A DNA stretch of 62,311 nt, counting the filler, from Asterionella formosa (taxonomy: Eukaryota), in the NCBI GenBank assembly GCA_002256025.1. It is 5 parts of 5 records of this genome, joined end to end, with 100 filler letters (N's around TTAATTAATTAA, not from the genome) between each part and the next. Parts side by side here need not be neighbours in the genome. Positions count along the whole stretch, not along the records: positions 1 to 12,405 come from NKIB01007554.1; positions 12,506 to 24,903 come from NKIB01007563.1; 3 more parts are not named here. The stretch is one strand, 5' to 3'. Within the stretch, counting starts at the first letter, position 1. Each line of letters opens with the position of its first letter. This document shows positions 10,679-21,849 of the stretch, one piece after another. A program made the translations under genes and the position numbers. The notes beneath the pieces are model-generated. The model did not search any database and was not told where the DNA came from. It saw only the letters and a program-made list of their open reading frames with translations.

Positions 10679-12187
10679 ATGGCAATGTATTCAAGGGTTC
10701 CTGTGATTCCTTTGATCAAAGACTACAATGTATTGACTATCAAGACTAAAACATTCAGAGTTGCTTTAACCGGTGGAAGGTTTGAATCGTTTGATCAAGA
10801 TATGATCGATGGAAGCTTGGTGGAAGCATTGTTAATTGGAGTGAGTCAATTTCGTGACATGGCTAACACATGTGCCTTTAGCCCTCCTGCAGATACCTTT
10901 TCCTACTTTAAAAGGTGTTTGACCGACATTGCCTTATCGGATTGGTTGAATGTGGAAGTACACCCAGAAGATCAATCTTACAATAGTTTCGATGAAGCGA
11001 TGGTTTTATGGTTAGACGATCGTTTACCAAATGAGAGTTTTCAACATCAACGACAATGGATGCTACGTTATTTATCTAAACCCTTTTCTATGTTGGTAAT
11101 GGATTTCGGAGCTCGTATAAAAACTTTAAACAGGCTACTTCAACTAATGCCTCATCCAGAAGATCAAGTTGGATTGTCAAAAGAAGATATGCGTATTATC
11201 ATTATCCGTTCTATGCCCGATGAGTGGAAACAAGAGTTTGAATTAAATCATGCAAAGACTTCAGACCAATCGATTCGCTCGGTTCTCGCTTACTTCGAGA
11301 GTCAACAATCGTTTAAGGATCGAAACAAGCATCTTCCCAAGAGCAGTTTTCAAACAATCACACAGAACCGTCTTCGCATTGCTGAAGGCAATCGTGTGAT
11401 GTGTCAAGAAAACGAGCGTGTCAGTCGTCAATTCTACAAGGATAATTTTACTCCAAGTGGTCGTGGAAGAGCGCGTGCTATTGTCAATGCAGCCGGACGC
11501 GCATGGGATCGTCAGGCAACTGCTCGTCATCAAGCTCTACAAGCCACCAGTCGTACATACCATGATTATCGTGGTCCTTGCCCGGTACATCCTGAAGGTG
11601 TACATACTTGGGGCAATTGTTTCCAGAATCCTCGTACTCAAGGTGGTCGAGCAGGTCGCATGGCTGGTCGTCATAATGGATATGGCCGTTCCAGTTTCGG
11701 TAGACGAGGACATTTTGGTGGTCGTGGAGGCGGTGCACACAGCAATCCTACGGAAAGCTATCATACTGACACTGCTAACCTTGTGCCTGTTCCACATGCT
11801 CGTATGTTAAATACATGGGGTCATACTACTCATCCATCCAATTGGGGTACCGTGCCATGTGCCGATCCTATTGAGAATACATCGGCCCAGGAAATTTCAG
11901 TGGTCACGAACCCTCCTGCTGGTGGTCAGATAGTGACTTTTGTCCCTACTACACAACAGCAGATTGCTGATCGCCATTACAGAGGTATGTGCGATAATAG
12001 CGATGCTATTTATAATGACTCGTTGAGTATATCTCACGTTAGTCATCACCTGAATAATATTGTTTATTTACAGGTTGAATACACTATGGATACCGCTGTT
12101 AATGTTACGCGGGATGTATATAACTGTATTGCATCAAAGCTGCGAAATACGCCACTTTTCGAAATTTCGTCTACGTATGAGTGTTAA
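10679..12187 (+). mobile_element. Gag-like ORF of an LTR retrotransposon (probably Ty3/gypsy-type); no pol before the scaffold end
   Basis: 502-aa ORF. Capsid-like segment KPFSM.V.DF.ARI..LN.LL..MP...IIRSMPDEWKQEF, a C-x2-H-x4-H-x4-C knuckle (CPVHPEGVHTWGNC) and an RG-rich region. A decayed second copy lies at 34143-36268. Confidence 0.7.
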
Positions 12188-12405
12188 TTATGTGGTACTT
12201 CACATGCATTAATGCCACTCTTCACGTAAAAACGATTACTTTTAACGGTTTCATGTGAAGTTTTAACTGTTTCATGTGAAGTTTTCACAACGAATTTTGA
12301 ACGCGAGACTGAATTAGTTGATGTTTCAAATAATTCATTTGACTTTTCGAAATTTCGTCTACGTACGAGTGTTAATTATGTGGTACTTCACATGCATTAA
12401 TGCCA
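12154..12405 (+). repeat. 64-bp direct repeat (188-bp period) at the scaffold end
   Basis: 12154-12217 matches 12342-12405 with 1 mismatch. An internal 20-bp tandem (TTTTAAC(G/T)GTTTCATGTGAAG) lies at 12240-12288. Confidence 0.85.
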
Positions 12406-12505
12406 NNNNNNNNNNNNNNNNNNNNNNNNNNNNNNNNNNNNNNNNNNNNTTAATTAATTAANNNNNNNNNNNNNNNNNNNNNNNNNNNNNNNNNNNNNNN
12501 NNNNN
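12406..12505. other. Artificial scaffold linker (100 nt, N44-TTAATTAATTAA-N44)
   Basis: Six-frame stop spacer. Identical linkers at 24904-25003, 37385-37484 and 49854-49953. Confidence 0.97.
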
Positions 12506-13279
12506 AAATTTCGATCAATTTCATCCTATTTTAGACAGTGATATCGATGAGAATTACGATCATGCTAAGATAGATGTATGACAAAAGTATACACATCATA
12601 TGACCATGTTTAACTAATTATATGATGCAATGGTATTATAACTATGATAGTCTCATCATACTTCAAGCTCGGTAAAAGTTTACTGCATTATATGATACAT
12701 TGATCATATTTTTGATCGAAAAACTATCATATATGTGAAAATCCTGTGCCACTTAGCGTACGATACCCTTGATCATATTTTCATGATATTTTTTATTTAC
12801 AGACGTACTAGGATCAGCAAAGATATATGGGTGGAGAAGATAAAGTAAGATGACACTGTGATGGGGGGAGTGGGCGATTGCAGCTGGAAGGAGCACTTCT
12901 TCTTGTTTCGCATGGTAACAACAGAGAGAGGGATGAGTGCAATGAGTGAGCGAGGATGAGGGAAGGAGGCGGGATGGTGCTGGAAGCAAGTAGGCACCTA
13001 ATATGGTAGTAGGCATTCATGTCCAGATGTCAAGCTTTGACTTCTTGTTTGCGCAGTTGCGCGCTTTATTTTGTGGAGTGTCAACAGGAGCTAAGCGGTT
13101 TTTGTTATCCATAGGAGGGTTGCTCAGAGGGGCAGCAACGCATGATGATGCTTTGTCCGAAGACACCATGGTGGGGGCAGGAAATTCAGCAGCAGCACGT
13201 AGGGAGGGCCGTAGGGCCAGTACTAATGTAAAGTGTGTAAAATACACTAGAAAGTTGCAAGTTACATTGTTAAAAAAGT

Positions 13280-13530
13280 AATAGAAGCAATACATATAAT
13301 AATTAAATATAGATAGTCAAAAGGGTTACTATTTATGTCCGCCAAAAACCCATCATTTTCGAATGATGTGCGCATCATAGGAATATGATCCTCGGATCAT
13401 AAATTTTTGATGTATCATCTAATAAGTATGAGAAATGCCATCGCAAATTAAATAGTAACCCTTTTGACTCTCTATTTAAATTTCCTTGTAGGATGATGTA
13501 CCAGCTACAGTATTAATGTGGTTTGGTTCA
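13280..13530. repeat. Fold-back/GATC-rich interspersed repeat with a perfect 21-bp inverted repeat
   Basis: AGTCAAAAGGGTTACTATTTA at 13315-13335 is inverted at 13449-13469. Homologous blocks at 49620-49853 and 52875-52960. Confidence 0.8.
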
Positions 13531-14059
13531 TCATCCTCACCAGTCCTCAATCCGATTCTTGCAACAACGCATGACAAAACAGCCATGTCGAGAGGAACAA
13601 GTGTTTTTGACAAAATCTTCATTTCTTGTTCAAGTCATCATATGTCTTCGATTAATCATCATCTTCAGTGCACAGTATGTTCCTACTATGCAATCCGTTA
13701 AGAGCTCGAAAAGAAATCCAATGAAAACGAAATGGCTCATCACACAACACGAATATTTCCGGTCTGTCACCGGAGCATTGATCAGTGTTACAACCTCAAT
13801 CATAGCTAGCTAAACAACATCCATTATAGAACAGCACAATCTACTTCTATGTTTCATCGTCTCTCTAACAAGAAAATAATACATTTAGAATTGAAACGCA
13901 GCAGAGCAGGCGATATGGCCTGCACAAAGAAGCAAGAGACTGTCTATGCATAGTATCAACGACAGAGTGATTCTGGTTTCGTAAATTTCATGTCTTGTTA
14001 GATTTCCTTTGTCATCGTACTAATTCCTTACCTTTGAAGACAGGAGCGTATTCTTTGAT

Positions 14060-15650
14060 GTATCTGTAATGGTTCAATGGATGGCAGCAGTTGGATTTAG
14101 ACACAAAAGCAAGCTCGACAAAAGTACTACTTTGTAGATGGTCATGAAAAGCCAGACACTTTGGCCTATCGCCCACCAGCCAATCTATACTGCAAAAATG
14201 CAAGAAGCACAAGTTGAATGTCCATTGATGGATTCAAGTTTCACTAGTGCAACGTAAAATATTAGAAACAGAAAGTCACATGCATGATATCATCTAATTA
14301 AGGTTTTCATTTTACTAGTAGTATTGATTGAGAAGCAATGATGGTAGCTACTAGAATGTCAAACAGGCGGATGCAAGTGAAAAGTTCGACCCTATACTAA
14401 CATTGGGAGGAAATTAAAGTATACATCATCAAGACCCTCCTATCCCAGTGGTTTTGTTTACTGGTCAAAGTGACGCTATATTCAAGTGGTCACTATATAA
14501 TGGTGAACAACCTTTGCTACTAAAGGAATAAGGTGCAGGAATGATGCATGTCACGCAGCTTTATCAGTTGAGTTATTGGTCATTGAGAGAAATTGACGAA
14601 ATTACAGTATTAGCAGTGAACACTCTAGTGCTAGTATCAAGTTATGCTGATACCGATTCTGCTATGGAAGTGTAGCTAGCTATGGTTCGTCCATTGAGAC
14701 ATAAAAGGGCTATTGGTTCTTCTATAGCCACTAAGCAATGTTTGAGAATATACTAGTTGATGTTATTAAAGTTATGATCCTACATACCATTTCGTTTTTC
14801 CCTTTGATCAGTCGTCAGGCCATTCAAAGCAAAGACTGGATGGATTGAGTGCTGCCCAAATGAACAAGGTCTATTGAGTCGAGGAAAAGCAGCCACCAGA
14901 TACTTTTACTGTTGAACCCGATGATGGGCTACAATCTTGGGCCATTCGAATGTATTCTTGAAAAGGGGCAAGCACTGTGGAGCCTAATTTTTCTCCCCAA
15001 TGATCCCTGACCCTCCTGGATGTCACTCGCTTCAGAAATGGGAGAATAGCATCCGCAATGATCTGTTGATTGTTGCTGGCCTTGGACTATGTCACTGACA
15101 GAAACCTCCAGAAATCGCAATTAGTTGACTCTTGACTTGAATGCCCAAGGAATCAAAGCCAGTGGAAAAAGCAAAAGGGCACTAAAATTCTCTGTAAAAA
15201 TCAAGACAATTGTGAAAGAGAAAGGAAGGTTGTTGGGAGGGGAAGCAAGTAAAGGGATTATTGCTGGTCTTGCGGATGGATTGACCCAAACAATGTTGAC
15301 AAATAGATACTTACCCGAAAAAGGAACGCTTGCCTCAGCATCGATAATCTATATACAATCTTGCGCCATCAGACGTCAATATAGCTAGCTACCTCGAATT
15401 CATCAATGAAGAAAGTATGATGGAGTGTGCATGTGAGAAAAAATCGGGGTTGAGGTTCTTGTCTTGACGCCAACGTACATGGCTGAACTTGCAGGTGAAG
15501 GCATTGAGTAGCCTGGGCCTGTGCCATAGGATAAAGAAAAATTTATGACAAGAAGTGTGATGAGATAGTGTTTAGGAGATTAATTTATCACAGCTGAACG
15601 CATACGAAAATTCTTATGTACAATATATGATGGCATATCATGGCTGCTAT
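14060..15650 (+). pseudogene. Decayed IS630/Tc1-like DDE transposase
   Basis: Motif remnants in order across broken frames: W..VGF..YYFVDGHEKPDTLAYR (14125), GQ.D.IFK, LL.KE*GAGMM, FDQSSGHSKQR.DGLSA.QMNK, EFINEESMME and LTPTYMAELAGEGIE*. Confidence 0.75.
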
Positions 15651-15794
15651 TGGCTGAAAGTTGCCAAAAAGTCATGTACAAACACAACAAGGGTGCACAG
15701 AAGATGGTCCCATTTTAATCGACCTATATACCGGTTTATTATACCGCCCTTATCTAATTTCCTTGTGGTTTTAAATTCTAACCCGTGAGTATGC

Positions 15795-16060
15795 ATGATC
15801 TTTAGTCAATAAAGTTTGATTCGTTCATCCTATACCTTTGATCATAACATATTGATCATATGATAAACAGCATCATTGGCTGATATAAGAAATTGAAAGA
15901 TTAAAATTTGTTTTTTAGGATCAAGATAAAGTGATCTTAAAAGTATGGTGATCAAATGATCCTCAACATATATATTGTGGTACGCCCATGATAGAAGTAA
16001 TACTCAGCAAGTATACAGTAGGCCATATGAATTTCCTTTGATGCATCATAGGACAATGAT
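15795..16060 (+). repeat. GATC-rich interspersed repeat
   Basis: Aligns with 53036-53300, for example ATCCTATACCTTTGATCATAACATATTGATCATATGAT and CAGCAAGTATACAGTA..GTAGGCCATATGAATTT. Confidence 0.8.
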
Positions 16061-16764
16061 GGGCGGCTTTTATTTGCAAACGACTATTACATTCGATTTA
16101 TTGGCCAAAGTAAAATAAATAGAAAAATTGAGAAAAAACTCTAAAATATTATTTGCAGCACAAACTAGTAATCATCTATTAAATGGATTGGTGAACATCT
16201 CTCAACGAAAGATCAAGCCAAATGGAATGAGTTCTGGACTAGAAAAGCCAATTTCCTCAGGCTCTTGCTCATTTAGATTAAATCATTCTCTCATTGGTGG
16301 ATAGCGCCAAAGAATAATACACTTTGGAAGTTTCTCTAGCTGGCAAAATTGAAAGTCATTTTTGTCATTTGACTGGATCATCAATGTTGAGCGCGTTTAT
16401 GGTATGATTTCTTGGTTTCGGACGTTGCTTTGCATGATACGCTATTAGCGATCTCAACCAAGCTGTGTCTTGTTGTTGTAGTTGAATCAATACCTCAAAC
16501 ATGGCTGTCCATCGTCACCAATGCTGCACATGGTTGCAGATTCAGACATTATTCACACTTTGTACCTTGAGGTCCATGCATCAACTTCAGTTTGACATAC
16601 CGGTAAAGTCAATATTTTGTATGCCTTCGTTGGTGAGAGCAAGCCATTTTGGGTATGAGCAAGCACGTCTTGAAATCTTTTGGTGATTTCTATTTTGTCT
16701 TTCATGACTGAAAATATTTTTTTTATTTTTTATAGTGTTATTCATATTAAATTTGGTCATTTTG

Positions 16765-17132
16765 AGGGAATGGCTTAGTGGTTATGCACGTTGCTGTCTT
16801 TGATCTGAGGTTTTGAAGTTCGATCCCCGCAATTTTTTGAGAAGCAATTGTTGGGTTTGACTCCCACACTCTTTACCGTCCCGCATGTTCTTGCCTCGTG
16901 TACAAGAAATAGTGGGTAGCCCCCTACTACAAGCAGCTTGTGCCGCCTTCCTACTAGGCGGTCGGAGTTTCCCCTAAAGCTGGGGCTAAGACAAACACCT
17001 TTTGCGAAAGGTGGTTGGGGACTCACCTACGCTAACAAAACTAGGGAAGCACAGGTCTTGTCGGCAGGTAGCACAATGAGATATTTGCCTTGAAAGAGGG
17101 GAGTACGAATGGGCTATAAAACATTTAAATTT
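16765..17132 (+). mobile_element. tRNA-headed SINE, full-length copy B with an 18-bp target-site duplication
   Basis: Pol III A box TGGCTTAGTGG and B box GTTCGATCC in a tRNA-like head, followed by an AT-rich tail. Flanked by an exact direct repeat TTAAATTTGGTCATTTTG at 16747-16764 and 17133-17150. Confidence 0.85.
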
Positions 17133-17725
17133 TTAAATTTGGTCATTTTGGGGTTATTAGTATGACAATTTATGTTATATAAATTTTTTTTTAAATCATT
17201 TTTATAGCGCATTCTCACTATTATATTTCTATAGTTGCCGTCATTGAGCTCGATGACGCATATAAGGTGGAGTGGTGGAAACAAGTTTTGTTTGGTAGTC
17301 ACCTCCTTGTGCGGAAGTACTTAAAAAAATGTGATAGCTTTGTTCTTGGTTCAGTTTTCTATAAGTGCTCTTATTGTGTCAGCTGCAGAACGGGATGTTG
17401 AGTGTGCATTGGGTTTAAAAATTTCCATTTGGCCCCACTTCTGGTGATTCAATTTGAATTCTCCATAACAAGAATTGGTGATTCCAGGGCTTCCAACTCA
17501 TTGTTTTTGTCTTTGTCTTCTTTGTCATCACTAAAATTATTACTTTCAGCAGGAGCACATCCAGCTCTGGCGCGATTTCTTCACGAGTGACTTCTTTTTA
17601 TTTCTCTGTATTCTTCTTTAGAGTATTGCCATTCTTATAATATTCTTTGTTCTGCTTGCACTGTAATAGCGCTCACTGTAGTGAAAAACGTGTTACATTT
17701 CTTCTTTCCTTTTCTCTTATTGATG

Positions 17726-17828
17726 TCTTTGCCTGGTTTTTCTTCTGTTTGTGTTGTGTTGATGCCATTGCCATGAATTCCCCAACTGTGCATAGCGTTT
17801 GTGAAAAACGCCAAATCGACATCCATGC
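17726..17828 (-). repeat. Interspersed coding-like repeat of unknown family
   Basis: Aligns with 51494-51596. Both translate as AWMSIW.F..TL.TVGEF.AM.S.Q.KQKKNQAK. Confidence 0.7.
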
Positions 17829-19092
17829 AATTGCTGTTTCTCACCGTTCCTGCATTAATATTTGTTTTCTTTTCCATCTTCTCCTTTTTCTGCATTCTCT
17901 TTCTGTCGGATTTCATTATTATCTCATAGCACTGTCCATCATGTATGATTTGTTCTTTCTTTGCTTCGTTGGCCGCTTGAATAGCGCCTTTTGTCATGGT
18001 GAGTCTGTCAATTTTAAGAATTATTAACTATCAGAACCCGGAGGTCCCTGTAGCTTAAATGTACCACAGAATTCTGTGATCAGCGCTATATTAATGTATT
18101 AGTATTTCTAAAACTCCCCTTTGCTCTTGGCAAAAAAGTAATACAACAATGCATGTTATATTACATGTGTTCGTAATATTTTTATTATCAGAACGCGCCT
18201 GGTAGAAACGTACTAACAATTAATCGCAAAATAGTACTCCCTCTGTCGCGGTATAGTTTCAACACGCTCAGCGCCTAACCTGGCTCGATCCACGTCCTTC
18301 AAAAAAACACACTGTAGAATCAAGCAATATGCATTTTCTATGTGAGAAAAATACAGGCGACAGGTGCGTCAGTAAGATAAGCATATTTAGGCGAGTATAA
18401 CGCTAAATAGCTTTATGTGTGGATCATTTAGGGCAATTGAATTTTCTTGGATTTATCTAACCAGCACAGTTGTTTTTCCCTACACCTTGGAGTATTTTGC
18501 TAATATATTTAAGATCGACTGAATAAAAATGCAACAAATAAGAATAAAAATGCCTTTCTAAACGAAAAATTTTCACCACAAAAATGAAAATCGAGTCTTG
18601 GACCTCAAGGCCAACAAGAACAATGAACGTTCTTGTGACCTTCACCATGTCGCCCTGTGGTCGTAATATTGTGGTAATATCGTTCTTGCATTTATGGAAG
18701 TGTTAAAGAAGACTTGACAGATACCGAGAAGACTGCTATAGCAGTTATTTTCTTGCGAGACAATAGAGAAGCCACGAGGGAAGAGGCAAGGCTTGTTGTC
18801 ATGTTGGGTTTATTGGGAGAAATTTCGTTAAAAATTCCTCCATTTAGACTTGGAGTTATGCTGAATTTCAGGAGTTATTGGGAAATTCCTTGGAGGCCTC
18901 TGTGAGTCGCGAGAACAAACTTGTTAGACTTGGAGTGGCCAGTTTTTTCTTTCTTGACGTAATTGTCAAAAAAACCAATCGATGTTGATGTGATTGATGT
19001 TGACAAAAATGTTGACAGGATCAACAATATTGAAAATCAAAGCGTAAGCTGGAAGGATGACCCTTGTAGAAGCCAAGTAACTAAATAAATAA

Positions 19093-19595
19093 GTGGGACA
19101 AGGAAGGAAACTGGGTAGAGAGTTCATGCTCGAGGAAGGGTGTTGGCAAATTCTGAAGGATGATCCAAATAAAAGAGTGGCTTTGGATAGCTATGTCCAA
19201 GATCAGCAGCAAATCGCGAAGAAGAGGCCTGAGTTGCTAGAGGTGCGTCCCATGGGGACGAAAGCAGCAAAGGATAGTAAGCTACTCGCAAATTCTCAAC
19301 TTGTCATTGAACAAAATCTTGTACAGATGTTGGAAATAAAGGTGAAGACGCAACGAGATGAATTTTTGTTAAGATTTTCTCTTAATAGTTATTCAGAGGA
19401 AGCCAAAAGATGATTTGCTATGAAGGCACAACAACCTACGGAGGAGATGGATAACAGTTCAAACCCATCACGCAAATACCCAAGACAGGTTCTTTGTAGT
19501 CAGACATATAAGTTGAAATCAATGTTTCAACTTTTCGTTCATCATCTGCTGATGATGAGGTTTCGATTCTAGAGACTGGATCACAAGATTATTAA
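19093..19595 (+). pseudogene. Harbinger accessory (Myb/SANT-NAM-associated) ORF remnant
   Basis: F.LE.CW.ILKD.P.K...RPMGTKAAK is the NAM-associated signature. It converges on a Harbinger transposase remnant. Confidence 0.7.
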
Positions 19596-19699
19596 ACTAG
19601 TTTGATTTTAGTGAGAGTAAATTACACTATTCATTTCATTATCGCCAACCTAGAACGTGCATTTTACAGACTTACAAATATCAATCTAGAATCAAGTTA

Positions 19700-20200
19700 T
19701 TATCTACTAGTTGTTCTCGTCTTGAATCCACAAGTGCTCAATCAAATTATTGCACAATTGAAAGTGCTCACTTTCAATCATGTAGTTCATTCTAATGTTC
19801 TTGAAATCAAGAAAATGTATGGACATTGCCATGATTCACGTTGTCAACCAAAAATCCATCCTGAATATTGTCAAATCTATAGTCATTTGTATTTTCAGTT
19901 TCCCACTTGTCCTCCATTATCATGTTATGCAAAATAATGCATGCAATGATTACACTGTTCATAGAGCCCATTGACCAAAGTTTACACGGAAGTGCAAGGA
20001 TCCTCGCTCCACTGGCCTGTAGAACTCCAAATGCTTGCTCGATGTCCTTGCGCTGTGGCTCCTGGAAGGTCCGGTAACGCGCGTTTTACGTGGATCTTTT
20101 TAGTTTCGCCTCACTCCTGATGGTTCGTCGGCCAGCTTTCAATTACAAATATTCCCTAAGTAATCAACTTTGCCGTTAAATGGTCATTTGTAAATACAAG
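19700..20200 (-). pseudogene. PIF/Harbinger (plant-type) transposase, 3' remnant
   Basis: Manual translation gives FQEPQRKDIEQAFGVLQA..RILALPCKLWS...MNSVIIACIILHNMIMED, then the terminal motif EHFQLCNNLIEHLW. Confidence 0.85.
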
Positions 20201-20337
20201 TCGTGTTCTAAAAATTCAAATTGTGTACACCTATCACAAAACTACCGGTACAAGTACGGTATTCAGAACCTGGAGGACGGTTTGCTTATATGGTTCACCA
20301 ATTAGTAACTTTGTCTTAGTCATCAATTTCTATATTC

Positions 20338-20458
20338 GTAGTGAGCAGTTTCTAGTCGTAGTCAGCAGTTTCTAGTTGTAGTCAGCAGTTTCTAGTCGTA
20401 GTCAGCAGTTTCTACTTGTAGTCAGCAGTTTCTAGTTGTCCGCAGCAATTTATAGTCG
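20338..20458 (+). repeat. 20-bp tandem repeat, about 6 copies (GTAGTCAGCAGTTTCTAGTY)
   Basis: Head-to-tail units with no spacers, about 215 bp upstream of a transposase ATG. Confidence 0.92.
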
Positions 20459-20672
20459 AATGTACTAGTAAAACAAGAGTCATTTTGAAAATGTCAATGA
20501 ACCACTAAATAAATGAAATTTTAAAACAGAGAGAATGAAACAAAATATTCCAGCGGTATGCACTGGTATATGATGCCGCATTGTTCTGAAATTTTACGTA
20601 ACGACAACTAATAATAAGAGACCAACTTGCACACTGAACGCATCTGCTCCCCCCAATTCAGCAACTCCTGTC

Positions 20673-21672
20673 ATGGCCATTTTAATCACTGATCAGCAGT
20701 TCATGATTCTTGGGCTTGAAAGTGCAGGATTCACTGGCTGGGAGCGTACTTCCAACGCAACAAATGTGGAGCGCTTTCGGTGCTGGTATGGACCAAGACC
20801 AAAGTGTTATGCGAGAAAATTTGGTTCGACCTACAGAATAGTGTAGAGTGTTGCATTGGGAGTGATGCAAATCCATTGCACTTCCTTCTGGCTCTTCGTT
20901 TCTTGAAGGGGTATCCTACAGAAACGGAATTAGCTGGAACATTTGCGATGTCAGAGAAGACAGTGAGAAAATGGACTTCATTTTACATCCAGAAAATTCA
21001 TCTGCTAAAACAAGAAAAGGTGAGAAGGAAGATAGACGATGACTCAATTGTAAAACGTACTACACTGCTTACTTTGGTACTCATATTTGCTTCCTTAAAC
21101 ACTTATTATATACCTGGTAAAAGATTGTATCTGGCTGGGACGATTTCGATGATACTGTTTCCATTTTCTTCATGTCAGTTGATGGAACTCATTTTCCATT
21201 TGAGGAGCCCCGACCATACTCAACAAAGTGGTCTAGTCATAAGTTGGGTGGTAAACCAGGACTTAATTATGAGATTGGTCTAAGCATTTTTGATTCAAAA
21301 TTGTTATGGATCCATGGTCCTACTCCTCCTGGCAGATATAACGATATCACTGTGTTCCGGAGTCATCTCAAGGACAAAATTCCTAATGGCAGGCGTGTAA
21401 TTGCTGATCTTGGGTATAGGGGAGAAGTTGACATTGTTAGCACAAAGAACGAGTTTGATCCCCATAAGATATCCGAATTTAAAGATCGTGTGATGGTTCG
21501 TCATGAGACATTCAACAAGCGAATCAAGATATTTGGTTGCATGAGCAACAAATTTCGCCATGGATTCAAAAACCACAAGGTTGCTTTTGAAGCAATTTGC
21601 GTCATTTTGATTTATGAAATGGAGAATGGCTCTCCACTGTTCGATTCCTATCCCTCAAACCTAGGTAGATAG
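20673..21672 (+). mobile_element. DDE_Tnp_4 (ISL2EU/Harbinger/IS5-like) transposase with one intron and one frameshift
   Basis: ATG at 20673 (MAILITDQQF..ERFRCWYG), frameshift near 20804, then an HTH-like segment LL.ALRFLK.YPTE..LAG.F..SEKTVRKW. Intron 21020-21123 (GT..AG, frame-preserving). Catalytic motifs SVDGTH, IADLGYRG and RHETFNKRIK.F. Confidence 0.85.
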
Positions 21673-21849
21673 CTAATATCAAGCGGTCATGTGAACTTCC
21701 GTCATACTTTCATTTTACTATTAATTAAACAAATGTTTTGCCATGATCCGTTGAGGATTGCAGGCAAGCAAAGCATTCAGTAGATGAGGAAATAGTAGAT
21801 ATCTGCTGAATTTAGTTTTCCACTAGTCTAGTGGCTTCTTGATTAAACA

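Noticed and set aside
16764..16832. Functional tRNA gene
   Set aside because: A and B boxes are present, but the acceptor and anticodon stems do not pair. It is the head of a TSD-flanked repeat.
17040..17116. HDV-like ribozyme, suggested by the CGAATGGG end of the SINE
   Set aside because: No upstream P2 partner or P1/P3 nested pseudoknot could be built by eye.
18031..20276. 14-bp direct repeat TCAGAACCYGGAGG as a TSD around the Harbinger remnant
   Set aside because: It has one mismatch, no adjacent TIRs were found, and Harbinger TSDs are 3 bp. Chance is plausible.
20338..20458. Possible CRISPR array
   Set aside because: The units are head-to-tail with no unique spacers, there are no cas genes, and the context is eukaryotic.
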